Below, one piece after another: positions 9,437 through 19,508 of a stretch of DNA of 64,000 nt (position 1 is the first letter of the stretch; each line of letters opens with the position of its first letter). The notes under the pieces are model-generated. The model saw nothing but the letters and a program-made list of their open reading frames with translations. It was not told where the DNA came from and searched no databases. A program made the position numbers and the translations under genes. Where the stretch lies: contig CAYOCH010000003.1 of NCBI GenBank assembly GCA_964402535.1, positions 1,825-65,824 on the forward strand, read 5' to 3'. The DNA is from an uncultured Candidatus Saccharibacteria bacterium. GTDB lineage: Bacteria; Patescibacteriota; Minisyncoccia; Phycocordibacterales; Phycocordibacteraceae.

Positions 9437-10471
9437 ATGGGGGAACCGATCCAAGCCAATTGGCGCGTCCTGGCCGCATCACTCGTTGCCGCCGTTCTCG
9501 TGATCGGTGCCTACGTCCTTGCGCGGGGCGTCGAGTCGTCGGATGTCGCACAAGCCTCGACCGAGACGGCGCTCCTGCAGGCGATCGCGGCGAAAGATTC
9601 TGACAACGACGGCCTCCCCGACTGGGAGGAGGCGCTCTACGGCACCGATCCGTACGCGGTCGACACCTTCAACCTCGGGATGACCGACGGCGCCGCTGTC
9701 GCCAAAGGGCTCATCGTCCCGAAGGCGATCGCCACCATCTCCTCGGCGACCTCGACGGCGCCTCTTTCAAGCGACGTGGACTACAAGAAGCTCGGCATCG
9801 CGGCGCCGAATGAGGGCTCACTGACCGACGCATTCGCCAAGAGCTTCTTCACCTACTACGCCGAGACCAAAAAGACCAAGGGCGGCGACCTCTCGCAGGC
9901 GGACATCGACGCGATCGAGCAGCAGGCGCTCGACTCGCTCTCCTCCACAATAGCCAAGGCGCCGGATTACAAATCGGCGAGCGATCTTGCTGTCTCGGGC
10001 TCCGGGCCGGACGCGCTCCGCGCCTTTGCCGTGCAGGCCGAGGCGATCTTCAAGAAGAACACGAGCATGGCGACGACGAGCGAGCTCGTGTATCTGCAAT
10101 ATGCGGCAGAGAGCAACGATGCAAAGGCGGTTGCAGCGCTCGAGTCGATCGCGCAGGCGTATCGTGCAGCGGCTGCCGGGCTCGCCGTGCTGCCGGTGCC
10201 GCGCGAGCTCGCGTCAGCGGACCTCGCGCTCATCAATGCGATGGCGCGCGTGAGCGGGATCGTCGAGAACTTCGCCCAAGTGAACAGCGACCCCTTGGTC
10301 GCGATGATGGCGCTCGAACAGTACACGGCGGCGGCGCAAGACCTGGGTGCAGCGTTTGCGAATATCGCAAATGATTATGCGGTTGCCGGTGTTACGCTCG
10401 ACAAGGGGGCGCCCGGCGCCTCGTTCGTGGGCGTGAGCGCGGCTGCCGCGCGTATCCAGCCTGCACCATGA
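9437..10471 (+). CDS. membrane-anchored protein with thrombospondin type 3-like Ca-binding repeat
   Basis: N-terminal TM; DSDNDGLPDWEEALYGTDP. Confidence 0.75.
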   Translation: MGEPIQANWRVLAASLVAAVLVIGAYVLARGVESSDVAQASTETALLQAIAAKDSDNDGLPDWEEALYGTDPYAVDTFNLGMTDGAAVAKGLIVPKAIATISSATSTAPLSSDVDYKKLGIAAPNEGSLTDAFAKSFFTYYAETKKTKGGDLSQADIDAIEQQALDSLSSTIAKAPDYKSASDLAVSGSGPDALRAFAVQAEAIFKKNTSMATTSELVYLQYAAESNDAKAVAALESIAQAYRAAAAGLAVLPVPRELASADLALINAMARVSGIVENFAQVNSDPLVAMMALEQYTAAAQDLGAAFANIANDYAVAGVTLDKGAPGASFVGVSAAAARIQPAP

Positions 10472-12132
10472 ACACGCGCTTCGCATCAAGGGTGATCGTC
10501 GCACTGCTCGCCGTCGGCATCATCGCTCCGGCGTTCCTCGTGCCGCAGCGCGCGTCGGCACAGGTGGCGAGCGCAGCAGGGGCGGCATCGTGCTTTGCCG
10601 CCGGCGGTGTCGGTCTCGCAGGCGGCGCGGCCTCTGCAGTGCTCTCGGTGCCTGTGAATGACATGGCGAACCTGGCGCAGAACACGTTCACCGCCGGCGC
10701 GACGCAAGGCGACTGCATCAAGAACAACATCATCACGCCGCTCGCACGGCTCATGGCGCGCATCGTGATCCAGCAGATCACGGCGAGCACAATCAACTGG
10801 ATCACCGGGCGTAACGGCACCGGCCAGCCGACGTTCGTGACGAATCTCTCCCTCAATCTGCAGGCCGTCGGCGACGCGGTCGCGCTCTCGTATATCTCTC
10901 GCGTGACGACTGCCTTCAACTCGCCCTTCGGCCCGATGATCGCGCAGTCGCTCCAGCTCCAGTACAACCAGCAGTCGAGCCTCGCAGGCTTCTTCGCAGC
11001 GAATCAGTCCACGCTCAACCGGTGGTCGCCGAATCCGAATGCCTTCCTTTCCGGACAGTGGGCGCAGGGCGGGATCCCTGCGTGGTTCGCGCTCACGACG
11101 CAGACGCAGAACAACCCGTACACGCTGTATCAGGCAGCAGAAGGGCAGCTCAGATCGAACCTCTCTCAAGCAGAGACGAACCGCCGCCAGGACATCGCGC
11201 AAGGGGGCGGCTTCCTCTCGTGGTGCGGCGTGACGGACGCGGCAGCGCAGGATCAGAGCTCCGCAGCCGGCGGAGGCGCCAATCCGGGTGATGCCTGCAC
11301 CAACAGCGACGGAACGCCGGGGACCGTTCAGACACCGGGTTCGGCGATCCACGACTATGCGCAGAAAGCGATCGTCGGCGCCGGGCTCGACCAGCTCGTC
11401 TCGGTGACCGACATAGATCAGGCGCTCGGCGCGATCGCGATGGCGCTCGTCAACCAGGTACTCGGGAATGGCGGTCTCTTGGGCGCCGGCACGCCGCTGC
11501 CGGGGCGGCCGCCGATAACAAACCAGCTCCAGGCCTACTCGGGTGATACGTCCGCGAACACGGGATCCTCGTCGTCGTTCGCCGGCGCGATGCTCTCGCG
11601 CATCACTGCCTACAAGGCCGCGTGGGGGACTATCACCTCCTCGGCGGACGTCGCCTCCTCGAGCCTCAACAGGCTCGTGACCTACTGCAACTCGCAGGCG
11701 ACGGATCCGAACGCGCTGCAGGGGGTGATCAACGCGAATGTCGCAGCGGCGCAGGCGGCGCTCGCGACCGAGGTCGCGCCGATCTACACTCAAGCCGGGC
11801 AGGCGATCGCCGCGACCGACCCGACGAAGGCGCTCGCGCTCAAGGTGCAGGCAGAGTCCTCGAGCGTGACCTCGACAACGACAGCCGCGACGATCGCGGC
11901 GGACACGGGCGTCTTGGCGACCGCCGCCCCGACCGTGAGCGACCTCACATCCGTGCAGCAGAACGCCTCGGTGATGAACGGCGCCAAGGCGAACCCAGCG
12001 GGCTCGCTCACGGTCGCGGGCGGCTCGCTCGTCGATCAGATGAACCTGATCACGACGAACGCGGCGGCGCTCCAGGCCGCCTGCACGCCGAATGCAGCGA
12101 ACGGACCAAGTGTCATCACTCCGACAGGATAA
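10468..12132 (+). CDS. large secreted/membrane protein of CPR type
   Basis: Signal peptide (ASAQ), INWI, NNPY, GGFLSW and QTPGS segments; overlaps the upstream stop. Confidence 0.75.
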   Translation: MNTRFASRVIVALLAVGIIAPAFLVPQRASAQVASAAGAASCFAAGGVGLAGGAASAVLSVPVNDMANLAQNTFTAGATQGDCIKNNIITPLARLMARIVIQQITASTINWITGRNGTGQPTFVTNLSLNLQAVGDAVALSYISRVTTAFNSPFGPMIAQSLQLQYNQQSSLAGFFAANQSTLNRWSPNPNAFLSGQWAQGGIPAWFALTTQTQNNPYTLYQAAEGQLRSNLSQAETNRRQDIAQGGGFLSWCGVTDAAAQDQSSAAGGGANPGDACTNSDGTPGTVQTPGSAIHDYAQKAIVGAGLDQLVSVTDIDQALGAIAMALVNQVLGNGGLLGAGTPLPGRPPITNQLQAYSGDTSANTGSSSSFAGAMLSRITAYKAAWGTITSSADVASSSLNRLVTYCNSQATDPNALQGVINANVAAAQAALATEVAPIYTQAGQAIAATDPTKALALKVQAESSSVTSTTTAATIAADTGVLATAAPTVSDLTSVQQNASVMNGAKANPAGSLTVAGGSLVDQMNLITTNAAALQAACTPNAANGPSVITPTG

Positions 12133-12133
12133 T

Positions 12134-14479
12134 ATGCGACGCTTCCTTTCAACACTCATCGTGATGGTCGCGCTCATGGGCGCGGCCGGCGCAGCGCCGG
12201 CCGCGTATGCACAGGCCACGGCAGACCCGGGGCTGGACGGCTATGCGACTGACGAGTCAGGCAACGCGTATACGCAAGCGCAAATCGATGCGACCAATGC
12301 GGCCGGCCAAGCCGGCGTCGCGCAGACAGTGCAGCAGATGACGAATCCGAGCGATGCAAAGAAGTCGATCGATCCGAATGCTAGCAAAGACGCCGGCTCC
12401 CAGTACGGCTCTGTGATGACGTGGATCATGACGCTCTTCGCCTGGCTCGTCGGCGTCGCGGCGCTCCTCCTCGACAACGCGGTCTACTTCACCGTCGTGA
12501 AGATGGGCGATTACATCCGCAACCTATCGGCCGTCGGCGTCACGTGGCGGATCCTCCGGGATATCGGGAACATATTCCTCATCTTCGGCTTCATCTTCGG
12601 CGGCATCGCGACGATCCTGAACATGGATATCTACGGCTGGGGCAAGAAGATGCTCCCGATGCTCATCGTCGGTGCCGTGTTCATCAACTTCTCGCTCTTC
12701 TTCGCCGAGGCGGTGATCGACGTCGGCAACCTCTTTGCGACGCAATTCTATACGCAGATCAATGGGGGGCGTGCTTCGAGCCCGCAATCATTCGGTTCCG
12801 GTTTCGGCGTCCGGCTGCAGAATGAAGGGATATCAAACGTGCTGATGGCAAAACTCGGGCTGCAGACCATCTACGGCGATGCAGCGAAGAATACCAAGCT
12901 GTTCAAGGCGGATAACACCTGGGTGATCGGCTTCATGGGCATCCTCCTGTTCATCGTCACGGCTTTCGTCCTCTTCTCGCTCTCGTTCGTGCTTATCGCG
13001 CGCTTCGTGATGCTCCTCTTCATCATAATATTTTCGCCGATCGGGATCGTAGGCCTCGCGGTGCCCAAGCTCGGCAAGCTCGCGAAACAGTGGTGGGATA
13101 CGCTCTTCGAACAGACTGTCACGGCGCCGCTCCTGCTCTTGTGCCTCTATATCGCACTCGCCGTCATCTCTGACGCGTCCTTTCTCTCGAGCGACACGAG
13201 CGCGGTGGGTTGGGTGAACGGCGACTTCCAGGGCTTCGCGAGCTTTATCCTCTCGTTCCTCATCGCGATGGGGCTCTTGCTTGCCGTGGTACTCATCGCT
13301 AAGAAGCTCTCTGCCGCCGGCGCCGACTGGGCATCGCGAACTGCTGGCACGCTCACGTTCAGCGCTACCGCGCTAGGGCTCCGTTATACGGCGGGGAAGG
13401 GTTCGGATGCGCTTGCGCGCAAAGTGCGTGAGAGCAAGACGCTTAACAGCACGGCGCTCGGACGATTCGCTAGTCGGAAAGTTGCAGGCGCGTTCGACTA
13501 TGGCGCGACCGCGAACTATCATATCGGGGCAGCGGCGAACAAGATCCCGGCTCTCTCTGGCATCGACTACGGCAAGACCCACGAGGGTGGGTATCGTGCG
13601 GAGAAGAAGATCACGGAGGAGTACAAGAAGTCTGCCGAGGACGCGCAGAAGGAGGCTGCGAAGAAGGAACGTGCAGCAGAGGTCAAGAGAGCGATGGAGA
13701 GCGCTGATGCGGAGCTGGACGCAGGCACGATTACTCACGACGAGTATGATGCACGAATCTCCCCGCATCTCGCCAAGATGTCAGCAAAAGAGATAGAGGA
13801 TCTCGACGGGATCAAGAAGGGTACTGAAGAACTCGTCAGGAACCTGTCACCACAGCAGTTCGAGGCACTAATGAAGAGCGATAATTTGAGCCAGTCGCAG
13901 AAAGACGGTATCAAAGAGGCTCGCTTTAGGGACGTTACTGCAAAGATTGCGGCGGCGACCGCGCCTGGCGCGGCACCAGCTGTGATCGCGGATGCACAAG
14001 CGGCCGTTGTGAAGTTGAGTAACAAGGAGCTCGCGCATTTGGACTCAAATACCCTCACGAAAGATTTCGTAGCAGATAACCTGACGAATGATCAGTACGA
14101 ATATATCGGTAAGGAAGGCATACTGAGCGGTGCGCAAAAGACGGCGCTCGATGCACGTCGTAAAAACCGGTTCGATCCCGCAATCACGCCGCACAGTGAC
14201 GTGGCGAACGCGATAAGGTCTCTTAAGTGGAATCGAGATCAGATAAGAAAACTTCCGTCCGCGACTGTTACCAATACCGACGTCTTAAATGACCTGGGTT
14301 CGGAAGCGCTTAACCTTATCGATATTGTTCGGACCGGGAACCTTTCCCCGACAGATCGCCGTCGCCTCGGTACGTACTTCGAAGACATAGCAACTCACCC
14401 GACTGACCCGCGACAGGCAGATTTTGCGGCCTACCTTGCGGCCGATCCACGCATAAAGAGAGATCTTCTCATCACGTAA
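12134..14479 (+). CDS. VirB6/TrbL-like polytopic membrane protein with long helical C-terminal tail
   Basis: W.ILRDIGN, FINFSLF..E.VID and R.V.L...II.SP motifs, multiple TMs, QWW; ATG at 12134. Confidence 0.7.
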   Translation: MRRFLSTLIVMVALMGAAGAAPAAYAQATADPGLDGYATDESGNAYTQAQIDATNAAGQAGVAQTVQQMTNPSDAKKSIDPNASKDAGSQYGSVMTWIMTLFAWLVGVAALLLDNAVYFTVVKMGDYIRNLSAVGVTWRILRDIGNIFLIFGFIFGGIATILNMDIYGWGKKMLPMLIVGAVFINFSLFFAEAVIDVGNLFATQFYTQINGGRASSPQSFGSGFGVRLQNEGISNVLMAKLGLQTIYGDAAKNTKLFKADNTWVIGFMGILLFIVTAFVLFSLSFVLIARFVMLLFIIIFSPIGIVGLAVPKLGKLAKQWWDTLFEQTVTAPLLLLCLYIALAVISDASFLSSDTSAVGWVNGDFQGFASFILSFLIAMGLLLAVVLIAKKLSAAGADWASRTAGTLTFSATALGLRYTAGKGSDALARKVRESKTLNSTALGRFASRKVAGAFDYGATANYHIGAAANKIPALSGIDYGKTHEGGYRAEKKITEEYKKSAEDAQKEAAKKERAAEVKRAMESADAELDAGTITHDEYDARISPHLAKMSAKEIEDLDGIKKGTEELVRNLSPQQFEALMKSDNLSQSQKDGIKEARFRDVTAKIAAATAPGAAPAVIADAQAAVVKLSNKELAHLDSNTLTKDFVADNLTNDQYEYIGKEGILSGAQKTALDARRKNRFDPAITPHSDVANAIRSLKWNRDQIRKLPSATVTNTDVLNDLGSEALNLIDIVRTGNLSPTDRRRLGTYFEDIATHPTDPRQADFAAYLAADPRIKRDLLIT

Positions 14480-14490
14480 CAGAGATTAAT

Positions 14491-15420
14491 ATGAAAAGTT
14501 ATTCGGATGACGAAATAATTCAGCTGCTCGATCGCATCCCGCCGATTGTTCGGGAGCGCATCACTCGTCCTGAAACAGCACGAATCATTGCATCGATAGG
14601 AAAGAGCAAACAGCTGCATATCGATAAGATCGGCAAGATAGCCGAACTGAATCGAAATGCGCTTCTCGGGCTTATCGGACCGGCTGAATTCGTTCAAGAG
14701 CTCATCGCTTCTGGAATTTCTGACGCAGATGCAAAGAATATTGTCCAACAGATTAACGAACAGATCTTTAAGCCGTTGCGGGACGAGGAGCTGAAGCGAG
14801 GTATTGATGCAGAACCGAAACCGGTAACGCCAGCTCCTGCACCGGCTCCAGCTCCCGCATCGGCGGCGCCACAGGCACCTGTAGCGCAGACGCCAGCGGG
14901 GCAGACAGGCTCATTCTTCCGCCTGCAGAACAAGATTCAGCCGGCGCCCGGTCCGCGAGCGTACACGCCGCCGCCGCAGTCACCGATGTATCGGCGTCCC
15001 GATCAAGAAGATAGCCCGCTGATCATCAAGGTGTCACCGCCCCCGGTCGTGCAGCAGAAGCGGATAGTGCCCGTCTCGAGCGTGCCTGTAGTACCTGTGG
15101 CGGACAAGACAGAAGTGCCGCCGAACCTGCCTGGCGCAATGCCGCCGCGTCCTGTCGCGCCTGCCGCCCCTGCGGTGCCAGTAACACCGGCGTCGTCGGC
15201 TGTGCTTCCGTCAGCGCGGATTGTTGCTCCCGCTGTACCCGCTATGCCCGTCGCTCCGGTCGCACCGCGGCCGGGCACGCCCGCGGCCCCCGTGGCGCCT
15301 CGCCCGATGCAACCGGTGATGCCCGCTGCACCCGCAGCGCCCAAGCCGCCAGCTCCCGCGCCAGCTGCACCTGCGAAGCCCTACGGCGTCGACCCGTACC
15401 GCGAACCGATCGAGCCGTAG
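14491..15420 (+). CDS. hypothetical protein, helical N-domain plus Pro/Ala tail ending DPYREPIEP
   Basis: 309-aa ORF with low-complexity tail. Confidence 0.75.
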   Translation: MKSYSDDEIIQLLDRIPPIVRERITRPETARIIASIGKSKQLHIDKIGKIAELNRNALLGLIGPAEFVQELIASGISDADAKNIVQQINEQIFKPLRDEELKRGIDAEPKPVTPAPAPAPAPASAAPQAPVAQTPAGQTGSFFRLQNKIQPAPGPRAYTPPPQSPMYRRPDQEDSPLIIKVSPPPVVQQKRIVPVSSVPVVPVADKTEVPPNLPGAMPPRPVAPAAPAVPVTPASSAVLPSARIVAPAVPAMPVAPVAPRPGTPAAPVAPRPMQPVMPAAPAAPKPPAPAPAAPAKPYGVDPYREPIEP

Positions 15421-15485
15421 GTGTTTGCATTTCCAGCGCTATTCATTTATATTGCACCTGACCCACCGCGGGTCTTCTTTTTCTA

Positions 15486-15893
15486 ATGGCCACCATCAAT
15501 CAGCTCTCACGCAAGGGACGCAAGAACAAGACCTCGAAGACGAGCGTACCGGCGCTCGCTCGCGGCTTTAACGCTCTCAAGAACCGCCCGACTTTCTATG
15601 CGTCGCCCTTCAAGCGCGGCGTCTGCACCAAGGTGACCACCAAGACCCCGCGCAAGCCGAACTCGGCTATCCGCAAGATCGCTCGTGTCCGCCTCACGAA
15701 CGGCATGGAGGTCACGGCTTACATCCCGGGCGAGGGCCACAACCTCCAGGAACACTCGGTGGTGATGCTCCGCGGCGGCCGCGTGAAGGACATCGGCGTG
15801 CAGTACACGATCGTCCGCGGCAAGCTCGACACGGCCGGCCTCGAGAAGCGCCGCCGCTCCCGCTCGCGCTACGGCGCGAAGCGCCCTAAGTAA
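15486..15893 (+). CDS. rpsL: 30S ribosomal protein S12
   Basis: [15 protein letters not shown] and GGRVKD motifs. Confidence 0.98.
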   Translation: MATINQLSRKGRKNKTSKTSVPALARGFNALKNRPTFYASPFKRGVCTKVTTKTPRKPNSAIRKIARVRLTNGMEVTAYIPGEGHNLQEHSVVMLRGGRVKDIGVQYTIVRGKLDTAGLEKRRRSRSRYGAKRPK

Positions 15894-15895
15894 GT

Positions 15896-15919
15896 TTAAA
15901 TATTTAAACGTTTAAATTT
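15896..15919. repeat. 8-bp tandem array in rpsL-rpsG spacer
   Basis: TTAAATAT TTAAACGT TTAAATTT. Confidence 0.6.
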
Positions 15920-15924
15920 TTATC

Positions 15925-16389
15925 ATGCGTCGTCCCCTTAAGAAGCAGCGCACCTGGAAGCCGGATCTCAAGTACGGATCTGAGACGCTGACCCGTTTCA
16001 TCAACGCCGTCATGTGGAGCGGCAAGAAGGATGTCGCGCGCGCCGTCGTCTACGATGCGCTCGCCGTGATCGAGAAGGAGGGTGCGAACCCGCTCGAGAC
16101 GTTTGAATCGGCATTGCGAAACGTCTCTCCCTTGATGGAGGTGCGTTCTCGCCGCGTCGGCGGTGCCAACTACCAGGTGCCCCGCGAGGTGCCGCAGGCC
16201 CGCCGCCTCGCACTCTCGTTCCGCTGGCTCATCAACGCCGCCCGCTCGAAGAAGGGTAAGCCGATGGCAGAGAAGCTCGCCGCGGAGCTCCTCCTCGCCG
16301 CCAAGAACGAGGGCGATGCGATCAAGAAGAAGGACGAGATGCACCGCATGGCGGATGCGAACAAGGCTTTCGCCCACTTCGCCTGGTAG
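15925..16389 (+). CDS. rpsG: 30S ribosomal protein S7
   Basis: RRVGGANYQVP and MADANKAFAHF motifs. Confidence 0.98.
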   Translation: MRRPLKKQRTWKPDLKYGSETLTRFINAVMWSGKKDVARAVVYDALAVIEKEGANPLETFESALRNVSPLMEVRSRRVGGANYQVPREVPQARRLALSFRWLINAARSKKGKPMAEKLAAELLLAAKNEGDAIKKKDEMHRMADANKAFAHFAW

Positions 16390-16455
16390 CCGTCTTCAAC
16401 CGGCGCTTGTCGGTCCCTGTCGAGTTCAAGGTCGAGTCGTGAGTGTTCGGCAATC

Positions 16456-16487
16456 AAAAGGCGGGAGCGATCCCGCCTTTTCTATTT
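16456..16487 (+). terminator. intrinsic terminator after rpsG
   Basis: AAAAGGCGGGA-GCGA-TCCCGCCTTTT. Confidence 0.75.
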
Positions 16488-16490
16488 AGT

Positions 16491-16519
16491 AAAAAAGAGC
16501 GGCTCCACAGAGCCGCTTT
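16491..16519 (-). terminator. terminator for the minus-strand orphan gene
   Basis: AGCGGCTC-CACA-GAGCCGCT with a T-run on the minus strand. Confidence 0.6.
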
Positions 16520-16532
16520 ATGTGATCGAACA

Positions 16533-17039
16533 TCATTCGAGGATTCTCCCGCCGCTCTCTTCGAGCGAGACATATGTGTAGAGGGCGTCGAGCTGGTCTT
16601 GGGTCCTGGTGCTCGAGTTCCCGTTTGCTGCCCGCGCTTTGCCGATCGTTTCGATCACACCCGGTATGTTCTTTGCGAGCGCATCCCTGAGCTCCTTCGT
16701 CACCGCGTCGAGCCCATAGCGATGCCAGACTTGCAGCAGCGGCTTCAGGTCGACGGCGATGATCGGGACGATCACATTTGTCTCGGCGCGGCAGAGCCAG
16801 AGCTGGCCGAAACGGCGTTCGATGCCATAGTTTTCGCGCGGGTCGGAGCCGGCCGGGTACGGCACGATCGTCATGAAGATCTCGATGGCTAGCGGGGCTG
16901 GGAGCGCGATCTCCTGCAGCGCTTTGTGGAGCGGGCTGAAGACGTTCGGCCCTGGCGGTACGGTGAACGTATCCCGCGCCATACTCTCGACGGTGATGAC
17001 GTCTTCGGCATGGTAGTTCTGTCTGCGCACGAGTCGCAT
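16533..17039 (-). CDS. hypothetical protein inserted between rpsG and fusA
   Basis: 168-aa ORF with SD AAGGAGG, upstream TAGAGT -10 and its own terminator. Confidence 0.65.
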   Translation of the reverse strand: MRLVRRQNYHAEDVITVESMARDTFTVPPGPNVFSPLHKALQEIALPAPLAIEIFMTIVPYPAGSDPRENYGIERRFGQLWLCRAETNVIVPIIAVDLKPLLQVWHRYGLDAVTKELRDALAKNIPGVIETIGKARAANGNSSTRTQDQLDALYTYVSLEESGGRILE

Positions 17040-17162
17040 GGTCCCTCCTTCGGTTGGTGTGTAGGTGCAGCCGCCTCGACTCTACCAGCTCCTTGGCATT
17101 TTCGCCATCTTCAGGTATTCTTCACTCGACGCCCAAGCGGCTTTTATTTTTATTCATCACTT

Positions 17163-19310
17163 ATGACCCGCGACTATCCTCTCGAACGAGTGCGCAACTT
17201 CGGCATCATCGCCCACATCGACGCCGGCAAGACGACGACCTCCGAGCGCGTCCTCTACTACACTGGCGCGCAGCACAAGATCGGCGAGGTGCACGAGGGC
17301 GAGACGACGACCGACTGGATGGAGCAGGAGCGTGAGCGCGGCATCACGATCACGGCGGCCGCCATCACCTGCTTCTGGAGCAAGACGGCCGAGAAGGATA
17401 AGAAGGACACCTCCAAGAAGTTCCGTTTCAATATCATCGACACGCCGGGACACATCGACTTCACCGCCGAGGTGAAGCGTTCGATGCGCGTGCTTGACGG
17501 CGCGGTCGTCGTGTTCGACGGCGTCGCGGGCGTCGAGCCGCAGTCCGAGACGAACTGGCGCTACGCCGACGAGGCGAACGTGCCGCGCATCTGCTTTATC
17601 AACAAGCTCGACCGCACGGGCGCATCCTTCGAGAAGTCGTACGCCTCGATCCTTGACCGGCTCTCGCCGAAGGCGATCCGCATGCAGATCCCGATCGGCG
17701 AAGAGGCGCAGCACGAAGGCGTCGTCGACCTCCTCACGATGAAGGCGTTCCGCTTTGAGGGCTCGATGGGCGACGAGGTGATCGAGGGCGAAATCCCCGA
17801 GAATCTGCTCGAGGACGCTAAGAAGTACCGCGCCGAGCTCGTGGAGCGCATCGTCGAGCAGGACGACGCCGCGATGAACGCCTACCTCGAGGGCAAGGAG
17901 CCGTCAGTTGATGAGCTCAAGGCGATCCTGCGCAAGGCCGTGATCGTGAACGCCGTCTTCCCGGTTTACACCGGCTCGGCGCTTAAGAACAAGGGCGTGC
18001 AGCTCGTCCTCGACGCTGTCGTCGACTTCCTCCCGTCACCGCTCGAGCTCCCGGCTGTGACCGGCACCAACCCGAAGACCGGTGAGGCGATCGAGCGCCA
18101 CGCGAATGACGACGAGCCATTCTGCGCGCTCGCCTTCAAGCTTCAGACCGACCCGTTCGTCGGCGCGCTGACCTTCTTCCGCGTCTACTCGGGCTCTGTC
18201 TCGGCAGGTTCGTATATCTACAACTCGACGACCGGCACCAAGGAGCGCTTGGGCCGCATTGTCCGCCTCCAGGCCGACAAGCGCGAGGAGGTGCAGCAGG
18301 TCTTCACCGGCGAGATCGCCGCTGCCGTGGGCCTCAAGGACACCAAGACCTCGCACACGCTCTGCGACGAGGCGAACCCGATCGTGCTCGAGGAGATCAA
18401 GTTCCCCGAGCCGGTGGTGTCGCTCCGCATCGAGCCCAAGACGAAGGCCGACCAGGAGAAGATGGGCGTCGCGCTCAGGAAGCTTAGCGACGAGGACCCG
18501 ACCTTCCGCATCAAGACCGACGAAGAGACCAACGAGACGATCATCTCGGGCATGGGCGAGCTCCATCTCGAGATCCTCGTGGACCGCATGAAGCGCGAGT
18601 TCAACGTCGAGGCGAATGTGGGCAAGCCGCAGGTGGCCTACCGCGAGACGATCCAGGGCGCTGCAGACGCCGAGGGCAAGTACATCAAGCAGACCGGCGG
18701 CCGCGGCCAGTACGGTCACGTGAAGATCAAGATGAAGAAGCTCGAGCCGATCGAGGAGGGCGCCAAGATCGCCAAGAACACGACGCGCGAGGATCACTTC
18801 GAGTTCATCAACAACATCAAGGGCGGCGTGGTGCCGCAGGAGTACATCCCGGCGGTAGAGAAGGGCGTCCGCGAGGCGATGTCGCGCGGCTTCTTGGCCG
18901 GCTTCCCGATGGTGGATATCTCGATCGACCTCTACGACGGCTCCTATCACGATGTAGACTCCTCCGAGATCGCCTTCAAGATCGCGGCGTCGATGGCGTT
19001 CCAGGAGGCGGCCGGCAAGGCCAAGGCGGTCATCCTCGAGCCGATCATGCGCGTCGAGGTGGTGGTGCCGGAGCAGTTCATGGGCGACGTCACAGGCTCG
19101 CTCTCGGGCAAGCGCGGTCAGATAGAAGGGATGGAAGATAGGGGGATGAACAAGGCGATCCACGCCAAGGTGCCGCTCTCGGAGATGTTCGGCTACACGA
19201 CGACGCTCCGCTCGATGACCGAGGGCCGCGGCTCGATGACGATGGAGTTCGACCACTACGACGTGGTCCCGAACAACGTCGCGACCGAGATCATCGCCAG
19301 CCGCAAGTAG
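17163..19310 (+). CDS. fusA: elongation factor G
   Basis: [19 protein letters not shown] and NKLD motifs; ATG at 17163. Confidence 0.98.
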   Translation: MTRDYPLERVRNFGIIAHIDAGKTTTSERVLYYTGAQHKIGEVHEGETTTDWMEQERERGITITAAAITCFWSKTAEKDKKDTSKKFRFNIIDTPGHIDFTAEVKRSMRVLDGAVVVFDGVAGVEPQSETNWRYADEANVPRICFINKLDRTGASFEKSYASILDRLSPKAIRMQIPIGEEAQHEGVVDLLTMKAFRFEGSMGDEVIEGEIPENLLEDAKKYRAELVERIVEQDDAAMNAYLEGKEPSVDELKAILRKAVIVNAVFPVYTGSALKNKGVQLVLDAVVDFLPSPLELPAVTGTNPKTGEAIERHANDDEPFCALAFKLQTDPFVGALTFFRVYSGSVSAGSYIYNSTTGTKERLGRIVRLQADKREEVQQVFTGEIAAAVGLKDTKTSHTLCDEANPIVLEEIKFPEPVVSLRIEPKTKADQEKMGVALRKLSDEDPTFRIKTDEETNETIISGMGELHLEILVDRMKREFNVEANVGKPQVAYRETIQGAADAEGKYIKQTGGRGQYGHVKIKMKKLEPIEEGAKIAKNTTREDHFEFINNIKGGVVPQEYIPAVEKGVREAMSRGFLAGFPMVDISIDLYDGSYHDVDSSEIAFKIAASMAFQEAAGKAKAVILEPIMRVEVVVPEQFMGDVTGSLSGKRGQIEGMEDRGMNKAIHAKVPLSEMFGYTTTLRSMTEGRGSMTMEFDHYDVVPNNVATEIIASRK

Positions 19311-19321
19311 CTCATACAAGA

Positions 19322-19354
19322 AACAACCCGGCGCCCTTTGGGCGCCGGGTTGTT
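19322..19354 (+). terminator. terminator after fusA
   Basis: AACAACCCGGCGCCC-TTT-GGGCGCCGGGTTGTT. Confidence 0.8.
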
Positions 19355-19374
19355 GTGTGCTACACTGCCCGCAC

Positions 19375-19443
19375 ATGCAGACAAGGAACTTCTTTGGCGC
19401 GTATTACTTTACCGGCTCGTCCGGAAGGTTGATCCGCGCGTAG
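19375..19443 (+). CDS. putative attenuator leader peptide MQTRNFFGAYYFTGSSGRLIRA
   Basis: ATG 8 nt after extended -10 TGCTACACT (19358-19366); 5 Phe/Tyr codons within 7 codons; overlaps the antiterminator arm. Confidence 0.6.
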   Translation: MQTRNFFGAYYFTGSSGRLIRA

Positions 19444-19495
19444 GAAGATTCCCACCCACAGATCAGCCCTCCGGACGGAGGGCTGAGTTCTTTTT
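19418..19495 (+). promoter_or_regulatory. terminator/antiterminator switch (attenuator)
   Basis: 19418-19434 pairs with 19461-19477 (15 WC + 1 GU of 17), competing with hairpin TCAGCCCTCC-GGAC-GGAGGGCTGA followed by a U-tract. Confidence 0.7.
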
Positions 19496-19508
19496 AGGGA
19501 GGTTCGGT

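Noticed and set aside
14820-15380. Pro/Ala repeats as a DNA tandem repeat or CRISPR-like array
   Set aside because: Repetition is at protein level with varied codons; no constant repeat-spacer structure and no cas genes
16390-16455. GTTCAA/GTTCGG-containing stretch after rpsG as a tRNA
   Set aside because: No cloverleaf or acceptor stem could be built; treated as 3' UTR
16926-17162. Upstream extensions in the ORF track for fusA (also rplC, pcrA, groES, groEL, the adaptor gene and others)
   Set aside because: Homology begins at later starts, and the extensions cross promoters, terminators or other genes
18730-18800. EF-G domain IV insertion ([13 protein letters not shown]) as a palindromic insert
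   Set aside because: DNA is not palindromic and codon use is host-like; probably a lineage-specific loop
19338-19508. 118-aa version of the Zn-ribbon ORF starting at TTG 19338
   Set aside because: That start lies inside the fusA terminator, upstream of the promoter; the SD supports ATG 19509
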